From positions 1 through 64,000 of the forward strand of contig CAVPHD010000001.1 of the NCBI GenBank assembly GCA_963704165.1: DNA of 64,000 nucleotides, given 5' to 3'. Shown in pieces: positions 1-11,113 of this stretch; positions within the stretch are counted from its first letter, which is position 1; the number at the start of each line of letters is the position of its first letter. This stretch comes from an uncultured delta proteobacterium (lineage in GTDB: Bacteria; Myxococcota_A; UBA9160; SZUA-336). The translations under genes were made by a program, and so were the position numbers. The notes under the pieces are model-generated. The model ran no database searches. It was not told where the DNA came from and worked only from the letters and a program-made list of their open reading frames with translations.

Positions 1-200
1 GGTCACTTCTTCCACGGGCGCGCCGTCCGAGGACCTCGCCGGCGTCGCGGCGGCGATCGATCGGCTCGAGGTGCGGCCACGGCCGCTCGAGCACGTGGCC
101 AGTCGGGATGCGTTGCGCCCCCGTGTCGCTCGCGCTCGCGCTCGCGCTCTTGCTGATCGAGGCCGCGCTCGCGCACGGATTCGCACGGAGGTTGCCGTGA
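1..200 (+). CDS. C-terminal fragment of a BatA-like VWA-domain protein (5' truncated, frameshifted)
   Basis: Reads GHFFHGR.., EDLAGVAAAIDRLEV.., ALALALLLIEAALAHGFARRLP* across frames, which is the typical BatA C-terminus. TGA 198-200 overlaps the GTG of the next gene. Confidence 0.6.
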   Translation, partial: SLLPRARRPRTSPASRRRSIGSRCGHGRSSTWPVGMRCAPVSLALALALLLIEAALAHGFARRLP

Positions 201-1801
201 ACGCGCTTCCTTGGCTCGCGGTGTTCGCGGTCGCCGCACTCGCCGGCCAGGCCGCGCTCCGGGGACGCCGCGAGCCCATCGATCGGCTCGGGCGCGCCCA
301 CCCCGGTCGCACGAATCGCGCGCGCGCTCGCGCTCGCAGCGTCGCCGCGCTGGTCGCGATCTCGCTCAGCTCGCACTCGAGACCCCCGAATCGCTCTCGG
401 ACGATTCCGCGGACGTGGTGATCGCGATCGACACGTCTTCCAGCATGGACGTGACCTACGTCGCCCTCATCCGGCTTCGGCGCGCGCCGCGCACGGCCGA
501 GCGCGTGGCCGAGGAGGCGCGGGATGTCCGCCTCGCGCTGGTTGTGTTCGCGGGCGAGCGTTCATCGCGCTGCCGCTGACGCAGGATCACGATGCCGGCT
601 TGACGATTCTGCGCGCGCTCTACGGTGACATGATCTCGGTACGCGGCAACGAACTCGGCCGCGGATTGGCGGTGGCCGATGCGCCTTCGATCCGCGCTCG
701 AGCCGGCCGCGCACCGTGCTCCTGCTGACGGACGGCGAGCATTTCGGTTCGTTGCTCGATGACATATCGCCCAGCTCACGGAGCCTTGGCGCGCGGGTCG
801 TCGCCGTCGGATTGGGAGACGACGACGCCGTCGTGCCGGGGCAGCTCGCACTCACCGAGTCGATCCGCAGCGGCGAGCCACGGACTCGCGCCGCGACGAC
901 GCCGTTCCGCGTTGGATCGCTTCGGAGACCAGCGGCGTTGACTTCCGCGAGATCGAGGAGCGGCCGATCTCGCGGATTCTTGCCACCGCGCTACCGCGTG
1001 CCGCGCCCGAGCCGGCCGGCGAGCCGTTCGACGGTTCCGCTCCCGCCCTGGATCTTGGCCGCGGGACTCGCGCTGGTCGCGGAGCTCTGGCTCTCGGGAG
1101 AGCACCTGCAACGCCTGCGCCCGGCTCACCGCCAACGGGTTGCGGTCGCGACCGTCGCGCTCGCGACCGCGGCGTTCGGACCCGTCTCGAGCTGGCTTGC
1201 GAGCGGCGATGAAGCGCTCGCGGACGGGCGTCCCGAGGAAGCGCTCGGCTACTACCGCGAGGCCGAGCGCACCGGAGCCGACGATGCGCGCACGCAGATC
1301 CGGATCGGCAATGCGCTCTACCGGCTGGACCGCATCGATCAGGCTGCGAGCGCGTACCTGGAAGCGCTGCGCGCCTTGCGGCCCGGCGACGATGCGGCGC
1401 GGTTCGCGGCGAGCTTCAACCTGGGGAATACGCTCGTCGCGCAGAAGCACTTCGAGGAGGCGCGCGACGCCTACTGGGCGGCCCTGCTCGCGCGACCGGA
1501 CGAGGTCGAAGCGAAGTTCAACTACGAATTCGCGCTTTCGAGGATCCTCGAACTTCCGCCCGCACCCGAGACCGAGCCGAGTCCGAGCTCCAAACGCGAC
1601 GGCGAATCTTCCGAGCCCGCGCCGAGCACGGACGCCCCGGCTCGCGGCGAGCCCCAGCCCTCGCCCGTTGGACTCGACGAGCGCGAAGCCGAGCGCTGGC
1701 TCGCGACGCTCGACGAGCCCGTGGGCGACGCCTTGCGCCGGCAGGTCACGAACGAGTTCGACGGCAAGCCGCGTGCTCGTCCGGGAGCAAAGACATGGTG
1801 A
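197..1801 (+). CDS. BatB/BatC-like VWA + TPR membrane protein (several frameshifts in the 5' half)
   Basis: GGAGG then GTG at 197. MIDAS motif VIAIDTSSSM, LVVFAG and LLLTDGE motifs, a TM segment, then TPR repeats (IGNALYRL, FNLGNTL, AKFNYEFAL) and a BatC-like tail (EAERWL...KTW). Confidence 0.7.
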
Positions 1802-3015
1802 CGGCGCGAATCGCGCTGCTCTTGGCGGGGCTGGCACTCGCGTCCGCCGCGGCCCGCGGCGACGAGCCCGCATCGATCGAGGTTCGCGTCGAGATCGACC
1901 GCGCCGAGGTCTTCGTGCACGAGCAGGCCGTGCTCTCGATCATCGTCCGCCACCCGCCGGACGCGCGTGCGAGCTGGGAGCCGCCGCCTTTCGACGGGTT
2001 CTGGGCGGAGCGCCTCGGAACGCGCGGGTTGCCGCCCGACGACGACGGCTCGCCTCGGACCGAGTTCCGCCGCGCGCTGTTTCCGACGCGCACGGGTGAG
2101 CTCGAGATCGCGAGCTCGCGACTCCTGCTCGTCGGCGAGGGTGGCGCGGAGCGCGAAGTTCGCGTGCCCGGATCGGTGCTCCGCGTGATCGCGCTGCCGG
2201 AGGGCGTCCCCGACGACGTGCTCGTCGGCCGGCTCGAGGTGCGCGTCGTGACCGGCGACGATCGCGTCCGCCTCGGCCGCGCGCTCTCGCTCACGATCGA
2301 GCTCACGGGCGAGGGGAACGTCTGGGATGCCGTGCCCCCCGCGCTAGAGCCACTGGTCGGCGAAGGCGTCGAGATCTTCCCGGAATCACCGCTGCTCTCG
2401 ATCGGCGAGAGCGGGGGCCGCGCAACGACGCGCCGCACGTTCCGGTACGAGCTAGTGCCCGAGCGAACGGGCCGGATGCGCATCGAGCCCGTGCGTTTCG
2501 CGTACTTCGATCCACGCGCGCGCGCACTCGAGATCGCGGAGAGCGAAGCGCAGGACTACGGCGTGTTCGCGGGAAGCGCCGAGCCGGACGAACGCGCACC
2601 CTGGTCGGAGCGCAAGAAGCCGCCCACCGCTCCGCCGATTCCTCCCGTCTGGCTCGCGCTCGGCTTCGCTTCGGCGCTCGCCTTCTCCGTCGTCTACCTG
2701 GTGCGCTGGCAGCGCTCGCAGCGTTCGGATCGGCCGGCGGCCGGCGCGGCTTCGCCGCGAATGGCCTTCGACGCCGCACTCCGGGCACGCGACACACGCG
2801 AGTGTCTGCCGTTGCTCGCGCGCGCGGTCCGCACCGGAATCGGCGTGCGCCACGGCTTCGACGCGCTTCCGCTCACGACCTCCGAGATCGCCGCGCGCAG
2901 CCCCGATCCCGAAGCGCTCGAGCTTCTCGTCGCGCTCGACCGCGCGCACTTCGCCGGAGACTCGCGCGCCGACGCGAGCCTGATCGAGCGCGTGCGCGCC
3001 CACCTGCAGCTCTAG
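1795..3015 (+). CDS. BatD-like (oxygen tolerance family) protein
   Basis: Signal peptide, beta-rich domains with LFPTRTGELEI, LTIELTGEGN and FAYFDP motifs, and a C-terminal TM segment. Lies directly after the batA/batB-like genes. Confidence 0.75.
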   Translation: MVTARIALLLAGLALASAAARGDEPASIEVRVEIDRAEVFVHEQAVLSIIVRHPPDARASWEPPPFDGFWAERLGTRGLPPDDDGSPRTEFRRALFPTRTGELEIASSRLLLVGEGGAEREVRVPGSVLRVIALPEGVPDDVLVGRLEVRVVTGDDRVRLGRALSLTIELTGEGNVWDAVPPALEPLVGEGVEIFPESPLLSIGESGGRATTRRTFRYELVPERTGRMRIEPVRFAYFDPRARALEIAESEAQDYGVFAGSAEPDERAPWSERKKPPTAPPIPPVWLALGFASALAFSVVYLVRWQRSQRSDRPAAGAASPRMAFDAALRARDTRECLPLLARAVRTGIGVRHGFDALPLTTSEIAARSPDPEALELLVALDRAHFAGDSRADASLIERVRAHLQL

Positions 3016-3620
3016 GAGCGGTCGGTCGTCGAACCCGAGGCCGGATGCAGGTCTTCCGGACGATTCAGATTCCGCAGACTCGCGAGCGACGGGTCGAGCT
3101 CGCGAAGATCCGCCTCCGGCACGTAGAGCGTGTTCACGTCGCGCAGGAGCTTCTGCAGCGAGAGCTCGCCCCGGGCGATCCGATTCCCGATCTCGGGCAG
3201 GAGTCGCGGCCGGTAGATCGCGAGCAACGGCTCGGGCCCGCGCGGCCCGAGCGGAGCGACGACGTCGGCCCCGCCGTCCGCGGGCGCGAGCGCGAGAAGC
3301 GCGAGCAGCACGCGCGGATCGAGATCGGGCAGATCGCAGGCCGCGACGAGAACGGCGCTCGCCTCGCACGCCGAGAGCGCAGCTTCGATCCCGACCATCG
3401 GCGCTCGAACCTCGTGCCGATCGAGGATGCACGGCAGGCCGAGCTCGGGAACCCGACCCGCGCGCGCGACGACGCGCACGCGCTCGACGCAGGCACCGAG
3501 CGCCGCCGCGACGCGCCCTCCGAGAGCGGCGCCCCCGTGAACGAGCGTCGCCTTGTCGCGTCCCATTCGCGTCGATCCACCGCCGACGAGCACCACGGCC
3601 TCGACGTGCGAGAGCTTCAA
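3012..3620 (-). CDS. mobA: molybdenum cofactor guanylyltransferase
   Basis: VLVGGGSTRMGRDKA, ACDLP, EPLLAIY and NLNRPEDL motifs. The TTG start overlaps the moeA stop (TTGA). Confidence 0.9.
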   Translation of the reverse strand: MKLSHVEAVVLVGGGSTRMGRDKATLVHGGAALGGRVAAALGACVERVRVVARAGRVPELGLPCILDRHEVRAPMVGIEAALSACEASAVLVAACDLPDLDPRVLLALLALAPADGGADVVAPLGPRGPEPLLAIYRPRLLPEIGNRIARGELSLQKLLRDVNTLYVPEADLRELDPSLASLRNLNRPEDLHPASGSTTDRS

Positions 3621-4873
3621 AATCCCGGCTCCTCGCAGAGATCGTTCGACTGCAAGAGCTGCACGGGAACGCGTGTTCCCTTGGCCAGTCCCGTCAGGTC
3701 CTCGTGCACGTAGGCGAGCGCGTCCGCGCGCACCATCGAGAGCAGGATGTTCGAGCCCTGCTCTCCGGTCGGCCGCGCGTGCAGGACGCCAGCACGTCGA
3801 TCGAGCGTGACGCGGACGAAGTGCGCGCGGCCCTTCGGCTTCTCGTAGCTCTCGTCGAGGACGGCGACTTCGACCGGGCGGTACACACGCGTGTGTCCCA
3901 TCATGCGGAGCAGGCACGGCCGCACGAACTGCTCGAACGTGACCAGCGTCGAGACCGGGTTGCCGGGCAGGCCGAAGATCGGCCGCTCCCCCACCATCAC
4001 GAAGGCGAGCGGCGCGCCGGGCTTCATGCGAATGCGCCAGAGCCGCATCTCGCCGCCGAGATCGGTGAGAACCTGCTTGATCCAGTCGCGATCGCCGACC
4101 GAGACGCCACCGGTGGAGATCACCGCGTCGCAGTGGAGCGCGGCGCGAAACCGCGAAGCGATCTCCTCGGGCTCGTCGGGCGCGATCCCAGATACACGCG
4201 GCTCCACGCCGATCTCGCGCAGGCCTGCGGCCAGCGCATACGAATTCGAGCTCGCGATCCGACCGTCGTCGCGAAGCCGATCGGGCTCGACCAGCTCGTC
4301 GCCGGTCGCGAGCACGGCCACGCGCGGACGCGCGCGCACCGTCACCTGCGAGCGACCGAGCGCGGCGAGCATTCCGACGAGCGGCGCGCGCAGGAGGTCG
4401 CCGGGGCTCGCGACGAGCGTGCCCGGGCGCACGTCCGAGCCCGCGCGCCGGATGTGCTCCCCCGCCACCGGCACGTGACTCACGCGCACCTGCTCGCCCT
4501 CGACGGTGGTGTCCTCGATCATCACCACCGCGTCCGCGCCGGCGGGGATCGCGGCGCCGGTCATGATCCGGGCCGACTCGCCGGGGCCGATCGCGCGCTG
4601 GCTGCGGCGTCCGGCCGGAAGGTCGTCGACGACACGAAGAAGTGACGGCGCGCGCGCGGCATCGGCAGCGCGGAGCGCGTAGCCATCCATCGCCGAGTTG
4701 TCCTCGGGCGGAATCGAAATCTCGGCGCGGACCTCCTCGGCCAGCACCCGGCCGGTCGCACGCTCGAGCCCGACGGACTCCGTGCCGAGCGCCGGGACCG
4801 CCCCGAGAATCAACTCGCGCGCCTCGGCCACGCTCACCGACGACCGCACCGCCTCGACCGTGGCCTCGCGCAT
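3617..4873 (-). CDS. moeA: molybdopterin molybdotransferase (gephyrin-like)
   Basis: NSAMDGYA, RIMTGA, ATGDEL, STGGVSVGDRD, MKPG and GLPGNPVS motifs. ATG preceded by GGAGG. Confidence 0.95.
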   Translation of the reverse strand: MREATVEAVRSSVSVAEARELILGAVPALGTESVGLERATGRVLAEEVRAEISIPPEDNSAMDGYALRAADAARAPSLLRVVDDLPAGRRSQRAIGPGESARIMTGAAIPAGADAVVMIEDTTVEGEQVRVSHVPVAGEHIRRAGSDVRPGTLVASPGDLLRAPLVGMLAALGRSQVTVRARPRVAVLATGDELVEPDRLRDDGRIASSNSYALAAGLREIGVEPRVSGIAPDEPEEIASRFRAALHCDAVISTGGVSVGDRDWIKQVLTDLGGEMRLWRIRMKPGAPLAFVMVGERPIFGLPGNPVSTLVTFEQFVRPCLLRMMGHTRVYRPVEVAVLDESYEKPKGRAHFVRVTLDRRAGVLHARPTGEQGSNILLSMVRADALAYVHEDLTGLAKGTRVPVQLLQSNDLCEEPGF

Positions 4874-4891
4874 CACGCCTCCCGGAGGTAG

Positions 4892-4912
4892 TCTGCCCAA
4901 AACCTAGGCAGA
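4892..4912. promoter_or_regulatory. putative NtrC-family binding site between divergent moeA and ntrB
   Basis: TCTGCC-CAAAACCTA-GGCAGA inverted repeat. The core TGCC-N9-GGCA with an A-rich centre matches the 17-bp NtrC box geometry. Confidence 0.6.
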
Positions 4913-4981
4913 TCGCCCCGCGATCGCCGCGGCGAGATCCTGTGGCGATTCCTTCCCCCTCGAATCCAGCTGGCGACTCCC

Positions 4982-6063
4982 ATGGATGAATCCCTCCGAC
5001 GGCTCGACGACATCCTCGGCTCGCTCCGGGTGGGGATTCTCGCGATCGATTCGGACGGCCGGGTGGAGCTCGAGAACCCCGAGGCGAGCCGGATTCTCGG
5101 CCAATCGGCGGTCTCGGCTCTCGGCCGCCCGATCCGCGAGATCCTCGGCGAGGCGCACCCGGTCACGCGTCTGCTCGAGACGGCGCTCGGCGATCGGCGC
5201 GCCGTCTCCGAGCACGGGTGCTGCGTGCCGGACCGGCTCGGCGGCCGTCCGCTCGTGGTCGATCTCGCAGCGTCACCCCTCGGCGCCGGGGGCGAGATTT
5301 CGGGTGCGGTGATCTCGCTCAGCGATCGGACGATCGGTCTCGAACTCGAGGACCTGATCGGGCAGCGCGCGCGCTCGGAGCTCTTCGCTCAGCTCGCGGC
5401 GGGCATCGCGCACGAGCTTCGCAATCCGCTTTCCGGAATTCGCGGCGCCGCGGATCTCTTGCTCGGAAAGCTGTCCGACGCCTCGCTCACACGCTACCCG
5501 GAGCTGATCCGCGCCGAGAGCGAGCGGATGCGCCGCTTGCTCGACGATCTGGCCGAGCTCACGCGCGGAGGCGACCTGCGGCCGAAGCGCGCGAATCTGC
5601 ACCGCGTGATCGACGACCTCGTCGAGCTGCACGGCCGCTCCGAGAGCTGGCGCGGGATCAAGATCGCGCGCGAGTACGATCCGAGCATTCCCGAGTTCGA
5701 GTTCGACCCCGATCGCACGACGCAGGTGCTCTTGAACCTGGTCCGAAACGCGGCGCAGGCGATGAACGGCACGGGCACGCTCACGCTTCGCACCCGGATC
5801 GAGTCGGCGTACCACTTAGATCGCGTCGGACCGGACCGCACTCGGCTCGTGCGCATCGACGTCGAGGACACGGGGCCGGGCATTCCCGAAGAGGACCTGC
5901 CGCACTTGTTCACGCCGTTCTTCACGCGCCGGAGTACGGGCACCGGCCTCGGACTCGCGGTCGCGCAACACTGGACGGTGAAGCAGGGCGGGAGAATCGT
6001 CGTCACGAGCCGGGTCGGCATGGGCACGCGCATGCGCGTGGAGCTGCCGCTGCGGAAGCCGGC

Positions 6064-6067
<4 letters not shown>
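4982..6067 (+). CDS. ntrB: PAS-domain sensor histidine kinase, NtrB-like
   Basis: N-terminal PAS domain; H-box AHELRNPLSGIRGAA; REYDPSIPE; N-box LNLVRNAAQA; DTGPGI, FTPFF and GTGLGL. Confidence 0.88.
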
Positions 6068-7515
<1,448 letters not shown>

Positions 7516-7519
<4 letters not shown>

Positions 7520-8172
7520 CGCGGCCCGGGATCGAGCGCGTGCGCGGCGTGTACGTGCTCGTCGACGACGATCCGCGCTGGCGAAACGACGTGCGCGCAC
7601 AGCTCGCCGGCGCGCTCGCGGGCGGCGCGAGCGTGATCCAGCTCCGCCTGAAGCACGTCGGTGACCGCGAAGCCCTGGCGTTCGCCCGCGAGGCGCTCGG
7701 CCAGACGCGCGCGGCGGGCGCGCTCCTGTTCCTGAACGACCGATTCGACCTGGCCGTGCTCGCGGGCGCGGACGGCGTGCACCTGGGCCAGGACGATCTC
7801 GCGCCCGAGCGCATCCCCGAGGATGCGCGTGCCCGCCTGCTCGTCGGACTCTCGACCCACACTCTCGATCAGGTCCGCGAGAGCCGCGCGCGGCCGATCG
7901 ACTACGTGGCGTTCGGGCCGATCTTCGCGACCGGCTCCAAGCTCTCGGAGTTCAGTGCGCGCGGACTCGGACTCCTGCGCGAAGCGGTCGCGCTCGCCCG
8001 GCGTCCGCTGGTCGCGATCGGTGGCATCTCGGAGGCGAACGCATCGGAGGTCGGCGCCTCGGGTGCCGCCGCCGCGGCCGTGATCTCGGCGATTGCCGAC
8101 GCGAGCGACCCGGCCGCGGCGACGCGTTACCTTCAGACGCGATTCCTGACGTCGCCCCCCGGGAGAAACTAG
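7516..8172 (+). CDS. thiE: thiamine-phosphate synthase
   Basis: IQLRLK, NDRFDLA, DGVHLGQDD, GLSTH, GPIFATGSK and VAIGGI motifs. Confidence 0.93.
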
Positions 8173-8176
8173 CTCG

Positions 8177-9421
8177 TTGGAACGCGCCGCTGGTCTGCTC
8201 GGGATCGTCTGTCTGCTCGCGATCGCCTGGGCGGCATCGACGAACCGTAAGCGCATCGAGTGGCGGCCGATCGGCCTCGCGCTCCTGCTCCAGACCGCGA
8301 TCGCGCTCTTCGTGCTGCGCACCCCGTTCGGCGCGAACTTCTTCGCGCTCGTGAACGACGCGGCCGCGGCGTTCATCAGCGCGGCGAACGTCGGCATCGA
8401 GTTCGTCTTCGGTGCGTGGCCCGAGTCGGTGCTCGGCCCGGACGGCCACCCGTTGCGCCTGCCCTACGTATTCGCGATCCGCGTGCTGCCGATCATCGTG
8501 TTCATGAGCAGCGTCTTCGCGGTTCTGCAGCACTTCGGGATCCTGCAACGCCTGGTCGAGATTCTCGCGCTCGGTCTGCGCCGTACGCTGCGCACGAGCG
8601 GTGCGGAGTCGCTCGCCGCGATCGCGGAGATCTTCCTCGGCATGACCGAGGCACCGCTGATGATCCGGCCGTACGTGGCGGGGCTGACGAGGAGCGAGCT
8701 CTTCTGCGTGATGACGGCGGGCCTCGCGACCGTCGCCGGGTCGGTGCTCGTCGCCTACATGGGCATGCTCGGTCCCGAGTACGCCGGCCACCTCGTCGCC
8801 GCGAGCTTCATGGCCGCACCCGCCGCGATCGCGATCGCGAAGCTGATGGTGCCCGAGGACGGCGTGCCGGAGAGCCGCGCGACGTCGCACGTGGCGATCC
8901 CGCGCGAGACCGTGAACGCGATCGATGCGGCGGCGACCGGGGCCGCCGATGGGGTCAGGCTCGCGCTCAACATCGGAGGGATGTTGATCGCGTTCGTCGC
9001 GATCGTGCACGTCGCCAACGAGGCGCTCGGCTGGGCCGGAACGCTGATCGGCGTCTCCGGGCTCTCGTTCGAGCGGATCCTGGGCGTCGCGCTCGCTCCG
9101 CTCGCGTTCGTGCTCGGCGTTCCCTGGCACGACGCCGCGACGATCGGCGAGATGCTCGGCGTGAAGACGGTGCTGAACGAGTTCATCGCGTTCCAGATGC
9201 TCGCCGACGCGAAGGACGGTCTCGATCCGCGCTCGATCGTGATCGCGAGCTACGCGCTCTGCGGCTTCGCGAACTTCGGCTCGCTCGCGATCCAGATCGG
9301 CGGGCTCGGTGGAATCGCGCCTTCACGCCGCGGAGACGTCGCGCGCGACGCCCTGCGCGCGCTTTGCGCGGGGTCGCTCGCGAGCTTCATGACGGCGGCG
9401 ATCGCCGGGCTCGTCTACTGA
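8177..9421 (+). CDS. nupC: concentrative nucleoside transporter (CNT/NupC family)
   Basis: Polytopic membrane protein with LPIIVF, SGAES, FLGMTEAP, ATVAGSV, NEFIA and ALCGFANFGS motifs. Confidence 0.92.
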   Translation: MERAAGLLGIVCLLAIAWAASTNRKRIEWRPIGLALLLQTAIALFVLRTPFGANFFALVNDAAAAFISAANVGIEFVFGAWPESVLGPDGHPLRLPYVFAIRVLPIIVFMSSVFAVLQHFGILQRLVEILALGLRRTLRTSGAESLAAIAEIFLGMTEAPLMIRPYVAGLTRSELFCVMTAGLATVAGSVLVAYMGMLGPEYAGHLVAASFMAAPAAIAIAKLMVPEDGVPESRATSHVAIPRETVNAIDAAATGAADGVRLALNIGGMLIAFVAIVHVANEALGWAGTLIGVSGLSFERILGVALAPLAFVLGVPWHDAATIGEMLGVKTVLNEFIAFQMLADAKDGLDPRSIVIASYALCGFANFGSLAIQIGGLGGIAPSRRGDVARDALRALCAGSLASFMTAAIAGLVY

Positions 9422-10298
9422 GGCGACGCGGACTCCGCGGCGACCGGCAGGAAGAGCGAGACGACCGCACCGCCCGACTCCGCGTTCGCGCGCCGAAGCG
9501 ATCCGCCGCTCGCCCGGGCGATACGCTCCGCGGTGTAGAGGCCGAGGCCGAGCGCACCGGGTCGGGTGGTCTCGAACGCCACGATCGGCATTTCGAGCAC
9601 CTCCTTCGCGAAGCCCGGACCATCGTCGGTCACCTCGATCACGACGACATCCACCTCGCGGCGCAGACCGAAGCGCACCTCGACACAGGGGCGCATTCGG
9701 ACGCCGTTTCCCGCACAAGCGTTGTCGAGCACCGCGGCGAATGCGCGTGCAAAGCCTTCGCGGCCTCCACATACGGACACGCGAACCCGGCGGTCGTCCG
9801 GCCCCAGATCACGGACGATGAGCTCGGCTCCCCGGTGCCGGGTCCGCGCGCGACCCACGCACTCGTCCACGGCCGGGACCAGCTCGACCGGTTGGATCAG
9901 GCTCGAGCTCGACACCACCGTCGTCTCGGGCCGTCGCTCGCTCTCCATCAAGAGCTTGAGGCGTCGGAGCGCATCGACCATGGCGTCGGCGGACGAGACC
10001 AGAGCGGATCGGTCGTCCGAGAGCGGGGCGTCCGAGTGAGTCGCGTCGGAGAAGAGCTGACTCGAGAGCAGTGCGGCGGAGAGCGCGTTGTTCACGTCGT
10101 GGCCGTAACGCCGGAGCTCCCGCAGGCTGGCTTCGAGCTTGTCGAACTCGCGAACGCGGTCCTCCCAGATGCGCGCCTCGAGCGCGCCGCGGAGCACCGC
10201 GGAGCTCGCGCGCTCGCGATGCAACCGGCTTCGCAGCACGAGCGCGACGACGGCGACGGCGAGGAGCGTGCCGACGAGGAGTGCCAGGAGCAGCTCAC
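9415..10298 (-). CDS. small membrane-anchored histidine kinase (start uncertain, probable indel at the start codon)
   Basis: One TM segment (ELLLALLVGTLLAVAVVALVL, in frame upstream of ORF 9415..10239). H-box GHDVNNAL, N-box LDNA, DDGPG and GLGLGL. Confidence 0.82.
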
Positions 10299-10885
10299 TC
10301 GCGGCCGCGACGCTCTCCTCGGGCCTGGGCGAGCTCGATCAGTCGAACCGCCTGTTGCACCGCTTGACGGCTGACACCGAGCCGGCGCGCGGCGCCGCTG
10401 CGACTTCCCTTCTCGCGGGCGAGCGCTTCATCGACCATCACGCCTCGCACCTGCTCCAACACCTGCCGCATCGGCGTGTTCCCGACGTGCGCGGCGACGT
10501 GGGGCGTGAGGTCCGGGCGATCCGCGAGCGCGGCGTCGACCGCGCTCGTCAGATCTTCGAGCGAGATCGGCTTGGGCAGGTAGCGGCGTGCGCCGAGTCG
10601 GGCGAGCTCGAAGGCCTCCTCGGCGGAGGCCTGGCCGCTCATCGCGATCACCGCGGGCGCGGGCCGAAGCTTCACGGCCCTCTCGACGACCGGCCGCGCG
10701 CTCCCATCGGGAAGCACCACGTCGACGATCACCAGATCGGGAAGCCGCGCGAGCTGATCGTAGGCTTCGCGGACGGAGCCGGCCTCGAAGACCTCGGCGC
10801 CCCAGCCCCGCGCGGCCCGCGCGAGCGCCTGCCGCAGCGGCTCGTGATCATCGACGATCAGAACCCGGATCGACTGGTTCGGCAT
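10295..10885 (-). CDS. response regulator with receiver and Fis-type HTH (RegA/ActR-like architecture)
   Basis: VLIVDDH, phosphoacceptor IVDVVLPD, MSG and LPKP, with C-terminal SGAARRLGVSRQAV. ATG at 10885 preceded by GAGGGAG. Confidence 0.85.
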   Translation of the reverse strand: MPNQSIRVLIVDDHEPLRQALARAARGWGAEVFEAGSVREAYDQLARLPDLVIVDVVLPDGSARPVVERAVKLRPAPAVIAMSGQASAEEAFELARLGARRYLPKPISLEDLTSAVDAALADRPDLTPHVAAHVGNTPMRQVLEQVRGVMVDEALAREKGSRSGAARRLGVSRQAVQQAVRLIELAQARGERRGRE

Positions 10886-10942
10886 CGCGCGGCTTCGCTC
10901 CCTCTGACCTGCACCGTACCACGCCGAAGAGCGTTCGCACGC

Positions 10943-10960
10943 ATGCAAGTGCACTTGCAT
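10943..10960. promoter_or_regulatory. perfect 18-bp palindrome, candidate operator upstream of the response regulator
   Basis: ATGCAAGTG|CACTTGCAT. A TG-n-TACGGT extended -10-like element lies on the minus strand at 10921-10913. Confidence 0.55.
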
Positions 10961-11064
10961 TTCGAACCCTACGCCGTGATGGCAGATTACGGAAGGCGCG
11001 AGATCGATTCCCTTCCCTCTCGCACCTGAGACTCGCGCCGGAGTTGGCTCCCGCGCGATGGCTC

Positions 11065-11108
11065 GTCGGAGACGGCGATCGGCAATAGACGCCAGCGCCG
11101 TCTCCGAC
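11065..11108 (-). terminator. stem-loop directly after the PLP-enzyme gene (terminator or mRNA 3' stabiliser)
   Basis: Perfect 13-bp inverted repeat GTCGGAGACGGCG / CGCCGTCTCCGAC with an 18-nt loop. It starts 5 nt after the inferred TGA at 11116-11114 and has no U-tract. Confidence 0.55.
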
Positions 11109-11113
11109 ATGGG

